From assembly GCA_963705705.1 (NCBI GenBank), contig CAVPKK010000007.1, positions 224,001 to 288,000 on the forward strand: a DNA stretch of 64,000 nt, in the 5' to 3' direction. Below are positions 30,000 to 39,566 of this stretch, one piece after another. This DNA is from an uncultured bacterium. GTDB taxonomy: Bacteria > Babelota > Babeliae > Babelales > JABCYS01. The first letter of the stretch is position 1. Each line of letters begins with the position of its first letter. The position numbers and the translations under genes were made by a program. Under the pieces are notes generated by a model that saw nothing but the letters and a program-made list of their open reading frames with translations, made no database searches and was not told where the DNA came from.

Positions 30000-30233
30000 T
30001 TAGTAGCTTGGTGCTTCAGCTGGTTTTGGAATTTCCGGGCTTTCGTCTGGATTTTCCGTGCCTGGCTCTGCCGGTTGTGAAGGCTCTGCATGTGCATTCT
30101 CTTCATCACGCACTATCTCTTCGCCCACTGCTTGCGGCATTTCATTAGCAGGAGCCGCTTTTTCACCGCGGCCGCAACCTGCCATTGTCAGCAAGCTAGC
30201 ACAGCATAGCGCTGCGAATAGTTTAGAATTCAT
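30000..30233 (-). CDS. Small acidic lipoprotein
   Basis: MNSKLF...MAGC lipobox, Pro/Glu-rich. Confidence 0.75.
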   Translation of the reverse strand: MNSKLFAALCCASLLTMAGCGRGEKAAPANEMPQAVGEEIVRDEENAHAEPSQPAEPGTENPDESPEIPKPAEAPSY

Positions 30234-30301
30234 TGAAACCTCTTCCTAGGTAAAGAGTTAAACATATATATACGGGGGTGCAGTATATCTCATGTTTGTT
30301 G

Positions 30302-30457
30302 CATGTGAACCCTTCGATACATTTTTTGGCTACTAGCACAAAAAACACTTCCGCCGACGTCTTGGGACTCATATCAGCATGAATAAGCTCATTCTGAGTT
30401 AATTGAATGATCAGAGCATGAAAATGAGCTTTGTCGGACTTCGCAGGGGATCGGCAT
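30302..30457. repeat. Composite/nested palindromic element
   Basis: CCCTTCGAT...CACT | inserted hairpins | CAGGG; same core family as 21282, 35896 and 63692. Confidence 0.55.
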
Positions 30458-30466
30458 GAACAAAAA

Positions 30467-30865
30467 TTATGAGCCTACTTCTTCACCAAGCAATTCTTCT
30501 TTGAAGGTTTCATTTTCAGGTCCAAAAGACTCGCCCATCTCGTCTTCCAGTTGGCGTTCTCTTTGTGTGGTATGCCCTGGATGATGTCTGTGGCGTTGTT
30601 CATATTCGCCTTCAATTGCTTCTTGCTCTTGCATCATATGTAATTCATGTTGTGTTACATGGCGGTGGAGAGTTTCTTCGCACGGAAAATCATCAAAACC
30701 TTCCTTATCATTATTTGCCAAGAGAACCGGTGCATCCATTATTTCATTTTTTGCATACTCTTGGCGCTCGCGCGTTGATGGTGTTTCGCGTACCACCTGA
30801 GTCTTTTTGCATGCAGGGACAATCAGCACAAGAGCCAATGCCAAAAATGCTATTTTAGAATTCAT
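30467..30865 (-). CDS. Small acidic/His-rich lipoprotein
   Basis: MNSKIAF...VPAC lipobox. Confidence 0.75.
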   Translation of the reverse strand: MNSKIAFLALALVLIVPACKKTQVVRETPSTRERQEYAKNEIMDAPVLLANNDKEGFDDFPCEETLHRHVTQHELHMMQEQEAIEGEYEQRHRHHPGHTTQRERQLEDEMGESFGPENETFKEELLGEEVGS

Positions 30866-30988
30866 AGGATTTATTCCTTTCTACCCGATGCGGGCCTGGT
30901 GTTTGAATATGTAAATTGCAAAAAAATAATAGCGCTCATTACAGCACTTTATTGCGTAAGTATAACCAAAAGCTAATCACATAGCACC

Positions 30989-31675
30989 TTACGCAGCAGG
31001 TATTTTTTCATGAATAGCTTGCATCATCTTCTCTACTGTCTGCTCTATATTTAATCCTGTATTATCGATAATGATTGAACCTGCTGTTGCCATCAATGGT
31101 GAATGAGCACGATGTGAATCTCGATCATCACGTTCAGTAATCGTATGTGCGGCATCATTAATAGAGTAATGCAATCCCTGGCGTGCCATATATTCTTGCC
31201 AACGTTTTGCACGCTCTTCCAATGCGGCGGTAATGAAGAATTTGATTTCTGCATGTGGAAATACAACTGAGCCAATATCTCTGCCTTCTACAACAAGATT
31301 ATATTTTGAGCCGAGGTGTCGTTGTAGTTCTAATAACTTCTCACGAACGATCGGATTCATTGCGACCAACGATGCCAGTATGTCCATTTCTTTATTTTTT
31401 AAATATGGCGTTATATCTTCATTTTCATAGGTAATGCGAGGTCCTTCACCTACATATTCATAATGAAGCTTTTTAGGATCGGTGACTGCGCACACATCGG
31501 CCAACTTCGGCGTTCTAATAGTTTCTTCATTATAATTAAATTTGTTTACCAATAGATACGCTAACGCGCGATATAAATAGCCCGAACCCAAATAATACCA
31601 CCCTAATCTGTGTGCAATCATACGCGCTGCGGTAGATTTGCCGCTGGCCGTTGGGCCGTCAATTGTAATAATCAT
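30989..31675 (-). CDS. cmk: Cytidylate kinase
   Basis: ITIDGPTASGKST, VEGRDIGSVVFP, ERDDRD. Confidence 0.96.
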   Translation of the reverse strand: MIITIDGPTASGKSTAARMIAHRLGWYYLGSGYLYRALAYLLVNKFNYNEETIRTPKLADVCAVTDPKKLHYEYVGEGPRITYENEDITPYLKNKEMDILASLVAMNPIVREKLLELQRHLGSKYNLVVEGRDIGSVVFPHAEIKFFITAALEERAKRWQEYMARQGLHYSINDAAHTITERDDRDSHRAHSPLMATAGSIIIDNTGLNIEQTVEKMMQAIHEKIPAA

Positions 31676-33460
31676 AATGCGATATCCAACCCTATTAGTT
31701 CAATATTCGTTCTGCCATTCCATGTATTTTCAGTTACTTGTACTGCCGCATCAAATGGTTCATTGCCGCGGGAATATAATGTTTCAATCAATTCAGGTCT
31801 ATTAAAAAATATCAGCGGCTTAATAACTCCATCTGCAAACACCGAACATTTTACATGTGCATCCTTGAGCAGTTGCGGCGTACTTACCAAACTCACTTGT
31901 GAAATATAGAAATTTGGTTGCGGGTTTTGTGCCCCAAACGGTTGCAAATAGTCCAAATCCGTCATGAGCTTTTGATTTACTTCGGTCAAAGGTACCTGCG
32001 CATCAAGTGAAAGTTTCTGTGTTAAATCTTCTGGCGTAAGCACTTGCGCAGCATAAGCTTCCATATGTTCTTTAAGTTCAGGTAAGCGGTCAGCTTTTAA
32101 TGATAATCCCGCGGCGTGTGAGTGGCCGCCAAATCGCTCAAGGATATGGGCGCAGTTTTGCAAACCGGCTAAAATATTAAACTCATGAATTGATCGACAA
32201 GATCCTTTTGCCATACCATCAGCACCAATATGCAATAATATTGCTGGTCGGCCATACATACCAACTAACCGTGAAGCAACCAAACCGATCACTCCCGGCG
32301 GCCAATGGGCGCTCGCTGCAATAATCACCCGTTCGTGGGCCACATTAATTTTGCCTGATTCAATTTCGGCCACAATCCCGCTGAGCACACCACGCTCAAT
32401 ATCTTTACGACGCTCATTAAGCTCAAATAAAATGCCGCCAACCTGGGCAATTTCTTGCTCATCGGCGCCGATCAAAAACTTTACGCCCTGCCGCGGATCT
32501 TCCAAGCGGCCTAAGGCATTAATTTGTGGCGTAATGTTAAAGCCAATATCGGTTGAAGAGATCTTTTCACGTGTTAGCTTGCTGTTATTTTTCAGCGCTC
32601 GAAAGGCAAGGGACTGATTGTTATTTACCATATTAAGGCCATGGCGAACCCAATAACGATTTTCTCCTAGCAATGGCACTACGTCAGCCACTGTGCCAAG
32701 GAGTAAAAGCTCATAGGCCTTGGGAGGTAAAGGCAACTTTTTGCGTTCATAGAGTAAGGAAAGAAATTTGAATGTTACCCCAACGCCCGCGAAATATTTA
32801 AATGGATATTGGCATCCTGGCTGATGGGGGTGAATAATGGCAAGCGCTGAGGGAAAGCTCCACTACACCGTTCGTCCTGAGCCCGGTCGAAGGGTCAATG
32901 GGGTAAACGATTGATGGCTGGTGGTGATCAGTGATGATAATATCAACGCCAAGCTCATTAGCTTTTTTCACCGGACCAAAAGCGGTTGTACCATTATCGA
33001 CGGTGATTAAGAGCTTGTAGCCAGAGTCGGCAGCTCGCTGCACTATTTTCTCTGAAAGGCCATACCCATCTATCACACGATTAGGCAAAAAGAAGTTAAT
33101 ATTAGCGCCCAATGGCAATAGGCATTGCATCATCAAGGCACTAGAAGTAATACCATCGACGTCGTAATCGCCAAAGATCAGGATTTTTTCTTTATGCTCA
33201 ATAGCATACAACAATCGCTCTATGGCTTTTTCAGCATCTTTTAATAATGAAGGATGGGCCACATCTTTTTCAAGTGAGGTAAACAGAAATGAATCGATTA
33301 CTTCTTTGGTAGTCATTCCCCGAGCAAATAGGGTATGCATTATTGGCGTGCACACATTATATTGCGCTGCAGTATGCAATGCTGCCTGCTCATCAATCTC
33401 TGGCAATCGCCAAAGATATTTTGCACCGCGTATTATTTTGTGAGCTGTGGCCACGTGCAT
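31672..33460 (-). pseudogene. recJ: ssDNA exonuclease RecJ, frameshifted (true pseudogene or sequencing error)
   Basis: N-part GDYDVDG, DNG, TDHH; C-part GTVADVVPL, GSCRS, GGH. Removing one base at 32854-32856 restores ELPSALAIIHPHQPGCQYPFKYFAGVGVTFK. Confidence 0.88.
32868..32903 (-). repeat. REP-like element inside recJ
   Basis: Reverse complement CCCCATTGACCCTTCGACCGGGCTCAGGACGAACGG. Confidence 0.8.
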
Positions 33461-33564
33461 GTAAGAAATCCTATGTGCTAAAGGAAAATATTGGATTGCG
33501 TCGCGTATTCTAAATGATTTAGCACATGATTAAAAGGATAATTGAAGAATGCAATTTGTTTGGC

Positions 33565-35118
33565 TTATTCCTCAATATGAACTACCGGTTCTTGCTCTAC
33601 CTGCTCATGATGTTCCGCCGGTTTTAATTTCAACGTTGGGAATAGAATCACATCTTTAATTGAAGTGGTATTGGTCATGAGCATCGTAAGCCGATCAATA
33701 CCGATACCACAGCCAACGTTTGGTGGTAAGCCATACTCAAGGGCTTGGACATATTCAGCATCGTAATGCATGGCTTCAATATCGCCGCCGGCATGTGCGC
33801 GTGCTTGTTCCTTAAATCGGTCTGCTTGATCAAAAGGATCATTGAGCTCATTAAAACCATTGGCAATTTCCATGCCAGCAATATACAGCTCATAGCGAGC
33901 TGCTGTGTGAGGATCTTGTGGATCACATTTTGAAAGCGGAGAAAGCTCAACCGGAAACCCTACGATGTAGGTTGGTTGAATCAAGTGCGGTTCGGCCAGC
34001 TCCTCGAATAGTGCAAAGGTTTTTACCGCTAGGGAAGCATCCGGCTTTACCTTAACTTCATATTGCTGAATAAGCTTATCGATATTTGCTTCAGTCAAAT
34101 CAGCTTCTTTTACACCGCCGAATTTAACCAGCGCATCCTTTGGCGAAATACGTAAGAAAGGTTTTTCAAAATCTATGATATGAGTACCAAACGGAATCTG
34201 CAAACCACCATTGGTATTGAATGCAGCCTTTCTAATCAACTGCTCAATCATTTCCATGCTTTGCCGATAATCAATATAGGCAATATTGATATCGATCATC
34301 GTAAATTCTGGATTGTGGCGTGTTGAAATGCCTTCGTTGCGAAACACTCGGCCGATTTCGTACACCCGCTCAAAACTGCCAAGAATAAGCCGTTTAATAT
34401 ATAGCTCGGCCGCTACTCGTAAATATAAATCCATATGCAGTGCATTATGATGCGTAATGAATGGACGAGCAGCCGCCCCGCCAGGGATTGGATGCAAAAT
34501 AGGTGTTTCTACTTCCAGAAAATCGCGCTCATCCAAGAATGAACGAATGGTTTGAATAATCTTTGCCCTTTTGCGGAATCGCTCGCGACTCTCAGAAGAG
34601 GAAATAAGATCTAAGTAACGTTGACGATAGCGGAGTTCTACATCAGAAATACCATGGAATTTTTCAGGCAATGGGTACAGACATTTACTGAGCAATTTAA
34701 AATCATGAACCTCGAGGGTAATCTCGCCGGTTTTTGTTTTAAAAGCTGAGCCTTTTAGCCAAACTATGTCACCGATATCGAAAAAATGCATGAAGAAGTT
34801 AAAGCGATCATCGCCGAGCACATCTTTGCGTAAATAGATTTGCAAACGACCGGTGTAGTCCAAAATATGCCCAAAGGCTGTTTTGCCATGGCTACGGCTT
34901 GAAACCAATCGGCCGGCCAAGGTATGAGTCTGCGCTGGTTGATCAGGCATGAACGTACGAATTATATCCTTGGCAGTACTGTTCACCGGCTCATAGGTTG
35001 CTGGCCATGGGTCGATGCCCATTTCGCGTAATTTGCGCACTTTTTCTAGGCGTATTGCATGTTGTTCTGATGGCGTGAGAGTAACAATTGGCGTTTGGTT
35101 TTCCATAGTTCGGTTCAT
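33565..35118 (-). CDS. lysS: Lysine--tRNA ligase (class II)
   Basis: LPEKFHG, RYRQRYLDL, GGAAARPF, FRNEG, YGLPP, GIGIDRL. Confidence 0.97.
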   Translation of the reverse strand: MNRTMENQTPIVTLTPSEQHAIRLEKVRKLREMGIDPWPATYEPVNSTAKDIIRTFMPDQPAQTHTLAGRLVSSRSHGKTAFGHILDYTGRLQIYLRKDVLGDDRFNFFMHFFDIGDIVWLKGSAFKTKTGEITLEVHDFKLLSKCLYPLPEKFHGISDVELRYRQRYLDLISSSESRERFRKRAKIIQTIRSFLDERDFLEVETPILHPIPGGAAARPFITHHNALHMDLYLRVAAELYIKRLILGSFERVYEIGRVFRNEGISTRHNPEFTMIDINIAYIDYRQSMEMIEQLIRKAAFNTNGGLQIPFGTHIIDFEKPFLRISPKDALVKFGGVKEADLTEANIDKLIQQYEVKVKPDASLAVKTFALFEELAEPHLIQPTYIVGFPVELSPLSKCDPQDPHTAARYELYIAGMEIANGFNELNDPFDQADRFKEQARAHAGGDIEAMHYDAEYVQALEYGLPPNVGCGIGIDRLTMLMTNTTSIKDVILFPTLKLKPAEHHEQVEQEPVVHIEE

Positions 35119-35251
35119 CCATAAGGCATATTAGTAAAGCGACAACAGTATACCATTTCCCTGCTAAGCGGACAGGCACCAAGCTTGCCAAACACCAAAC
35201 ACCTGATATTGTTGTTTTATCATTTTTTCTTTTCACATTTAAGGAGATCCC

Positions 35252-35884
35252 ATGCGTTTGAATGGTTGCAGTATTTTACTTATTGGTTTAGTTCTCGGAT
35301 TTGCCGGCGGCTACTATGTAAGTATGAAAATGGGCGGCTGCAAAGCCAGTGTAACGAAATGCACCCCACTTCGTTGCGACATGCGAAAACTATTTGCTGA
35401 ACACGTATGGTGGACTCTCACTGGCAATTTTATCACTGATCGGTGATACCCTGATAAACAAGCTAATCTAGATCGTCTGATGAAAAATCAGGATGATATT
35501 GGCGCTAAGTTTACCCATTTCTATGGCAAAGAAACCGGCGATGAACTTGCCAAGCTATTAAAAGCTCATGAAGAAGCAGCCGGCGCTTATATAGAAGCAT
35601 CAAAGAAAAAAGAAGATGTTGAAGCTAAGCATAAAGCGATGATAACAGCCGTTGAGCCTATTGCAGCACTACTGGCCAAGGCGAATCCTAACTGGCAAGA
35701 AGCCAACCTGCTCGAGCTATGGCAACAACATATCACTATGATTGGTAAGTCGATCGATGATCGCCTCAGCCAAGAATGGACTCAAGACATCCATCAATGG
35801 GATCAAGTCTTTGATGAGGCAATGAAAATGTCTGATGTACTTACCGAAGGAATTCAAAAGCAATTTCCTGGTAAGTCTGAATAA
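35252..35884 (+). pseudogene. Exported His-containing helical-bundle protein, interrupted by TGA at 35444-35446
   Basis: ORFs 35252-35446 and 35480-35884 are in the same frame; MRKLFAEHVWWT...NQDDIG...LLKAH...LWQQH reads as one protein. Confidence 0.7.
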
Positions 35885-35895
35885 GCCAAATCTTC

Positions 35896-35932
35896 CGCGC
35901 TCTGATCCTTCGATCAACTCAGGATGAGCGCG
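35896..35932 (+). repeat. REP-like palindromic element
   Basis: CGCGCTCTGATCCTTCGATCAACTCAGGATGAGCGCG. Confidence 0.8.
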
Positions 35933-35990
35933 TTCCAATTTATGCCCGCCTAGAGTTGATTTAATAGGCGGGCACTTAAAGAAGAGTATT

Positions 35991-37532
35991 ATGCTTATCT
36001 ATATATTAATGAGTCTTATTTTAGGCACTTCATTAATAGCCAAACAACCCGATCTTACACCACAAGATGCCTACGACCGCGAGTTGTACCATTGGACACG
36101 TACCCTATCAGAGGCGTTTGATGCGGTTAAGAAAAAGTATTACACCAAAAATCTTGATCCAAAAGATGCGATACTCAAAGCAATAAGTGCATTTGTGAGT
36201 ATCGATCCTCATTCCTCCTTTTTAGATCCCAAAGCTTATGAAGAGATTCTTAAAGCAACAAGCGGTGAATTCTTCGGCATCGGTGTCATTATTAGTAATA
36301 AAAATCCAGATGAAGAATTCTTAGCGGTTATAGATACATTGCCTGAAGGGCCGGCAGAAAAAGCAGGATTGCGCGCCGGAGATAAAATCATTCAAGTTGA
36401 TGCCACTGCCTTACGCGGAATTTCAGCTGATGAAGCAACGGCGAAACTTAAGGGTGAGCGCCATTCAAAAGTGCAAGTTAAAGTTTTACGCGAGGGATAC
36501 CCTGAACCATTAGTATTTGATATCACTCGTGACGTGGTCAAAGAAAAAAATTCATTATGCTACTTCTTTAAAGATCATAACGTTTACTATCTACATCTCA
36601 ACATGTTCACACAGAATGCATTTAACCAACTTACTTCCCTGCTCAAGAAAGCTCAAAAACAGCAATGCAAAGGAATTATTATAGATCTGCGTAACAACTC
36701 AGGCGGCTTACTTACCTCAGCCGTTGATATTTCGGGGCTATTTGTGCCCAAAGGGAGTCTGATTGTAACGACAAAAGATCGTGATAATAAAGTTACTGAT
36801 GAATATCGCACAAACAAAGAACCAATCATGGATGGTTCTTCAATACCTATTTTTATCCTGATTAATAATTTCACGGCATCAGCCGCCGAGATCTTAGCCG
36901 GCTGCTTAAAGGTCTATTCTGAAAAATTGAATGACGGAACCAAATCTGCCAAGGGTGCATTAGCAAACGGGTCAACAAAAAAAGTAAATGAAACCCCCGA
37001 AAAAAAGTCATTCTTGAGCAAGGTATTACAGCCTAAAAAAGAAAAACCTCGATTGCCAGTTTTCTTAGTTGGCAACCGCACATTTGGCAAAGGATCGGTT
37101 CAAGAAGTGATACCAGTAAGCAATGATTGCGCAATCAAGCTTACTACTGCACTTTATTTCCTTCCCAATGATGAAACCATTCAAGGTGTTGGCATTCAAC
37201 CTGATATTGAATTTGAACGAAAATTTCCCCCACCAGCCCAAGTGCAATGGGTAAGTCAATTTTATGGCCGCGAGAGTGCTCTCAAGGGAAGTATCAAAAC
37301 ACCTGGCCAGAAAGATGAAAAGAAGAAGCAGAATAAAAAAGGCGAGAAAGAAAATTGGAAAGAGAAGCGCAAAGAAGCAATCGCCAGCGATTCACAAATT
37401 CATGACACTATTACGTGCATCAATATTTTATCCGCTATGCCCCAGGCATGGCACACCCGCGCCGATGCCATTAAATTGCTTAAATCAACCATTGCCTCTG
37501 GCGATGGACTAAACATGGTCGAAGTAGAATAG
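35991..37532 (+). CDS. ctpA: C-terminal processing protease (S41, PDZ)
   Basis: DPHS, PDZ, DLRNNSGG, TASAAEI, TFGKGSVQ, GIQPD. Confidence 0.92.
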   Translation: MLIYILMSLILGTSLIAKQPDLTPQDAYDRELYHWTRTLSEAFDAVKKKYYTKNLDPKDAILKAISAFVSIDPHSSFLDPKAYEEILKATSGEFFGIGVIISNKNPDEEFLAVIDTLPEGPAEKAGLRAGDKIIQVDATALRGISADEATAKLKGERHSKVQVKVLREGYPEPLVFDITRDVVKEKNSLCYFFKDHNVYYLHLNMFTQNAFNQLTSLLKKAQKQQCKGIIIDLRNNSGGLLTSAVDISGLFVPKGSLIVTTKDRDNKVTDEYRTNKEPIMDGSSIPIFILINNFTASAAEILAGCLKVYSEKLNDGTKSAKGALANGSTKKVNETPEKKSFLSKVLQPKKEKPRLPVFLVGNRTFGKGSVQEVIPVSNDCAIKLTTALYFLPNDETIQGVGIQPDIEFERKFPPPAQVQWVSQFYGRESALKGSIKTPGQKDEKKKQNKKGEKENWKEKRKEAIASDSQIHDTITCINILSAMPQAWHTRADAIKLLKSTIASGDGLNMVEVE

Positions 37533-37629
37533 CAGCCAGGGCACAGCCCTGGACCCGCTATGCAATTTATTTCGCAGTAGGCTGTTTTCGTTTTACCAAG
37601 AACAGCAATAGCGTGAAAAAAAATAAATC

Positions 37630-38232
37630 CTACTTCTCAAACAGCTCAGTAACTTTGTCCCAGTTCACGACATTCCACCAGGCATTGATGTAATCCGGCC
37701 GGCGCCATTGATATTTGAGATAGTAGGCATGCTCCCAAACGTCGAGGCCGAGTAATGGTTTTACACCTTCCATTATCGTCGCATCTTGATTGGCGGTCGA
37801 GATAACATTCAGCTTGCCATCCTTATCGCGCACGAGCCAAGACCAACCACTGCCGAATCGAGTTTTGGCCGCATTATTAAACTTTGTCTGAAATTCTTCG
37901 AAGGTGCCAAAGGTCTTTTTGATTTCATCACCAAGCTTACCTTTTGGCTCACCACCACCATTTTTTTTCATCCATTGCCAAAATAATGAGTGATTAAAAT
38001 GACCGCCACCGTTATTGCGCACGGCCGTTTGTAGAGCCTCGGGAAGTTGTTTGATATGAGTAAGTAGTTCTTCCAACGTCTTTTTTTGCAATTCAGGATA
38101 TGCCTCAAGAGCCTTATTCAAATTATCGACGTATGCCTTATGGTGATGCTCGTAATGAATTTCCATCGTTTTGGCATCGATATATGGTTCCAGTGCTCCA
38201 AAATCGTAGGGCATTTTCGGCAGGGTAAACAT
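37630..38232 (-). CDS. sodA: Mn/Fe superoxide dismutase (probably Mn)
   Basis: [28 protein letters not shown]. Confidence 0.95.
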   Translation of the reverse strand: MFTLPKMPYDFGALEPYIDAKTMEIHYEHHHKAYVDNLNKALEAYPELQKKTLEELLTHIKQLPEALQTAVRNNGGGHFNHSLFWQWMKKNGGGEPKGKLGDEIKKTFGTFEEFQTKFNNAAKTRFGSGWSWLVRDKDGKLNVISTANQDATIMEGVKPLLGLDVWEHAYYLKYQWRRPDYINAWWNVVNWDKVTELFEK

Positions 38233-38241
38233 CTCTTCTCC

Positions 38242-38541
38242 TTAGGTGTAAAAAATTATTTCATTCGGTCTTGCCATGTGTAAATGTTCGCGGGCCAATT
38301 TTTCTTGATAAAAAGGATCAGATTTCCAAGCTACAATTTCATGATCCAAAGCTTTTACTTGTGATTGGACGAGTCCCAATTCTGCATCGAGTTGAACATT
38401 TGCTGCCTGCAATTGATGCAACGCCTGAATTCCCTGCGCGCCAAATAAATAAAGGCAGGTAAATAATATTATTTCGAGGCAAAAGAATCCGCGTAATAGT
38501 TTTTTCTTGATGAAGTTTTTTTGAATAATAACCTTGGTCAT
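38242..38541 (-). CDS. ftsB: Septum formation initiator FtsB/DivIC
   Basis: TM, coiled coil, EKLAREHLHMARPNE. Confidence 0.8.
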   Translation of the reverse strand: MTKVIIQKNFIKKKLLRGFFCLEIILFTCLYLFGAQGIQALHQLQAANVQLDAELGLVQSQVKALDHEIVAWKSDPFYQEKLAREHLHMARPNEIIFYT

Positions 38542-38656
38542 CCATCTCCCCTCTTTTTATAAGTTAATTTTCGTTACTTGGCTGAAAAGGCAGAACTGAG
38601 CGAACGTTGGAGCTTTGCTCCTAGGAAGCGAAGATCTTGCCTTAAAGCCACGAAAA

Positions 38657-39511
38657 TCACTCTCGCCCGATATCTCGGTGTGCTACTAAAAAGGTTACCG
38701 CATCCAGTTTTTGTTTTGCAAGCTCTTCGACCAAAGTGACGGAACGATGCTTACCACCCGTACATCCGATAGCAATCTGCATAAAGAATCGCCCTTCCTC
38801 CTGGCTCTTTTTTATGGCAAATGTGCAAAAATCATGAAGACGGTTCCAATATTCCTGAACGGTCGGTTCAGCAAACAAAAAAGAACGAATGAGTGGGTCT
38901 TTGCCTGTTAAATGCCGCAACCGCGGCACAAAATAGGGATTAGGAAGCGAACGCACATCATATACATAGTTACATTCTTGTGGCACGCCGTATTTAAATC
39001 CGAATGAAGTAAGGCTTACTACCATAGTCTGTGGCGTATCATCACGTGAAAAGGCAGCATGCACAAAAGCACGAAGCTGGTGCATATTAAAATTGCCAGT
39101 ATCAACGACCAACTCTGCAGATGCTAGTAACGGTTGTAGCAACAATTTTTCTTGATCTATTGCTTCAATTATAGTGCTATTTCCATTGGCCAGCGGGTGT
39201 TTACGTCTCGTTTCCTGAAAGCGTTTTATTAATTCGCCAGTGGCCGTTGTCAAAAAAAGAATGAGATGCTCATCTTGATTTATCAGCTCAAGCAGTTCTT
39301 CGATATGAGTTCCCGCCCGCACATCGATGCCGAGTGCAATGCGTTTATGAATTGAACAATGCGTTGAATTGCGCACATACTCAAAAAAAGCAGGTAATAA
39401 CGGCAACGGTAGATTATCAACGCAAAAGAAGCCGAGATCCTCAAGTGCTTTGAGCACCGTGGTCTTTCCGGCTCCTGAATAACCTGTGACGATTAAGGTC
39501 GTTTGTTCCAT
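38657..39511 (-). CDS. rapZ: RNase adaptor RapZ/YvcJ
   Basis: GYSGAGKT, VDNLP, ETRRKHPL, SFGFKYG, IGCTGGKHRSV. Confidence 0.95.
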   Translation of the reverse strand: MEQTTLIVTGYSGAGKTTVLKALEDLGFFCVDNLPLPLLPAFFEYVRNSTHCSIHKRIALGIDVRAGTHIEELLELINQDEHLILFLTTATGELIKRFQETRRKHPLANGNSTIIEAIDQEKLLLQPLLASAELVVDTGNFNMHQLRAFVHAAFSRDDTPQTMVVSLTSFGFKYGVPQECNYVYDVRSLPNPYFVPRLRHLTGKDPLIRSFLFAEPTVQEYWNRLHDFCTFAIKKSQEEGRFFMQIAIGCTGGKHRSVTLVEELAKQKLDAVTFLVAHRDIGRE

Positions 39512-39566
39512 GATAAAACTACCTTTACCACCAATTACCGCATATTAAGTCCAAGGCTCGCCCGGA

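Noticed and set aside
35444..35446. TGA recoding (Gly/Trp/Sec)
   Set aside because: TGA is a normal stop in murF, glmS and others; compensating indels explain the site better.
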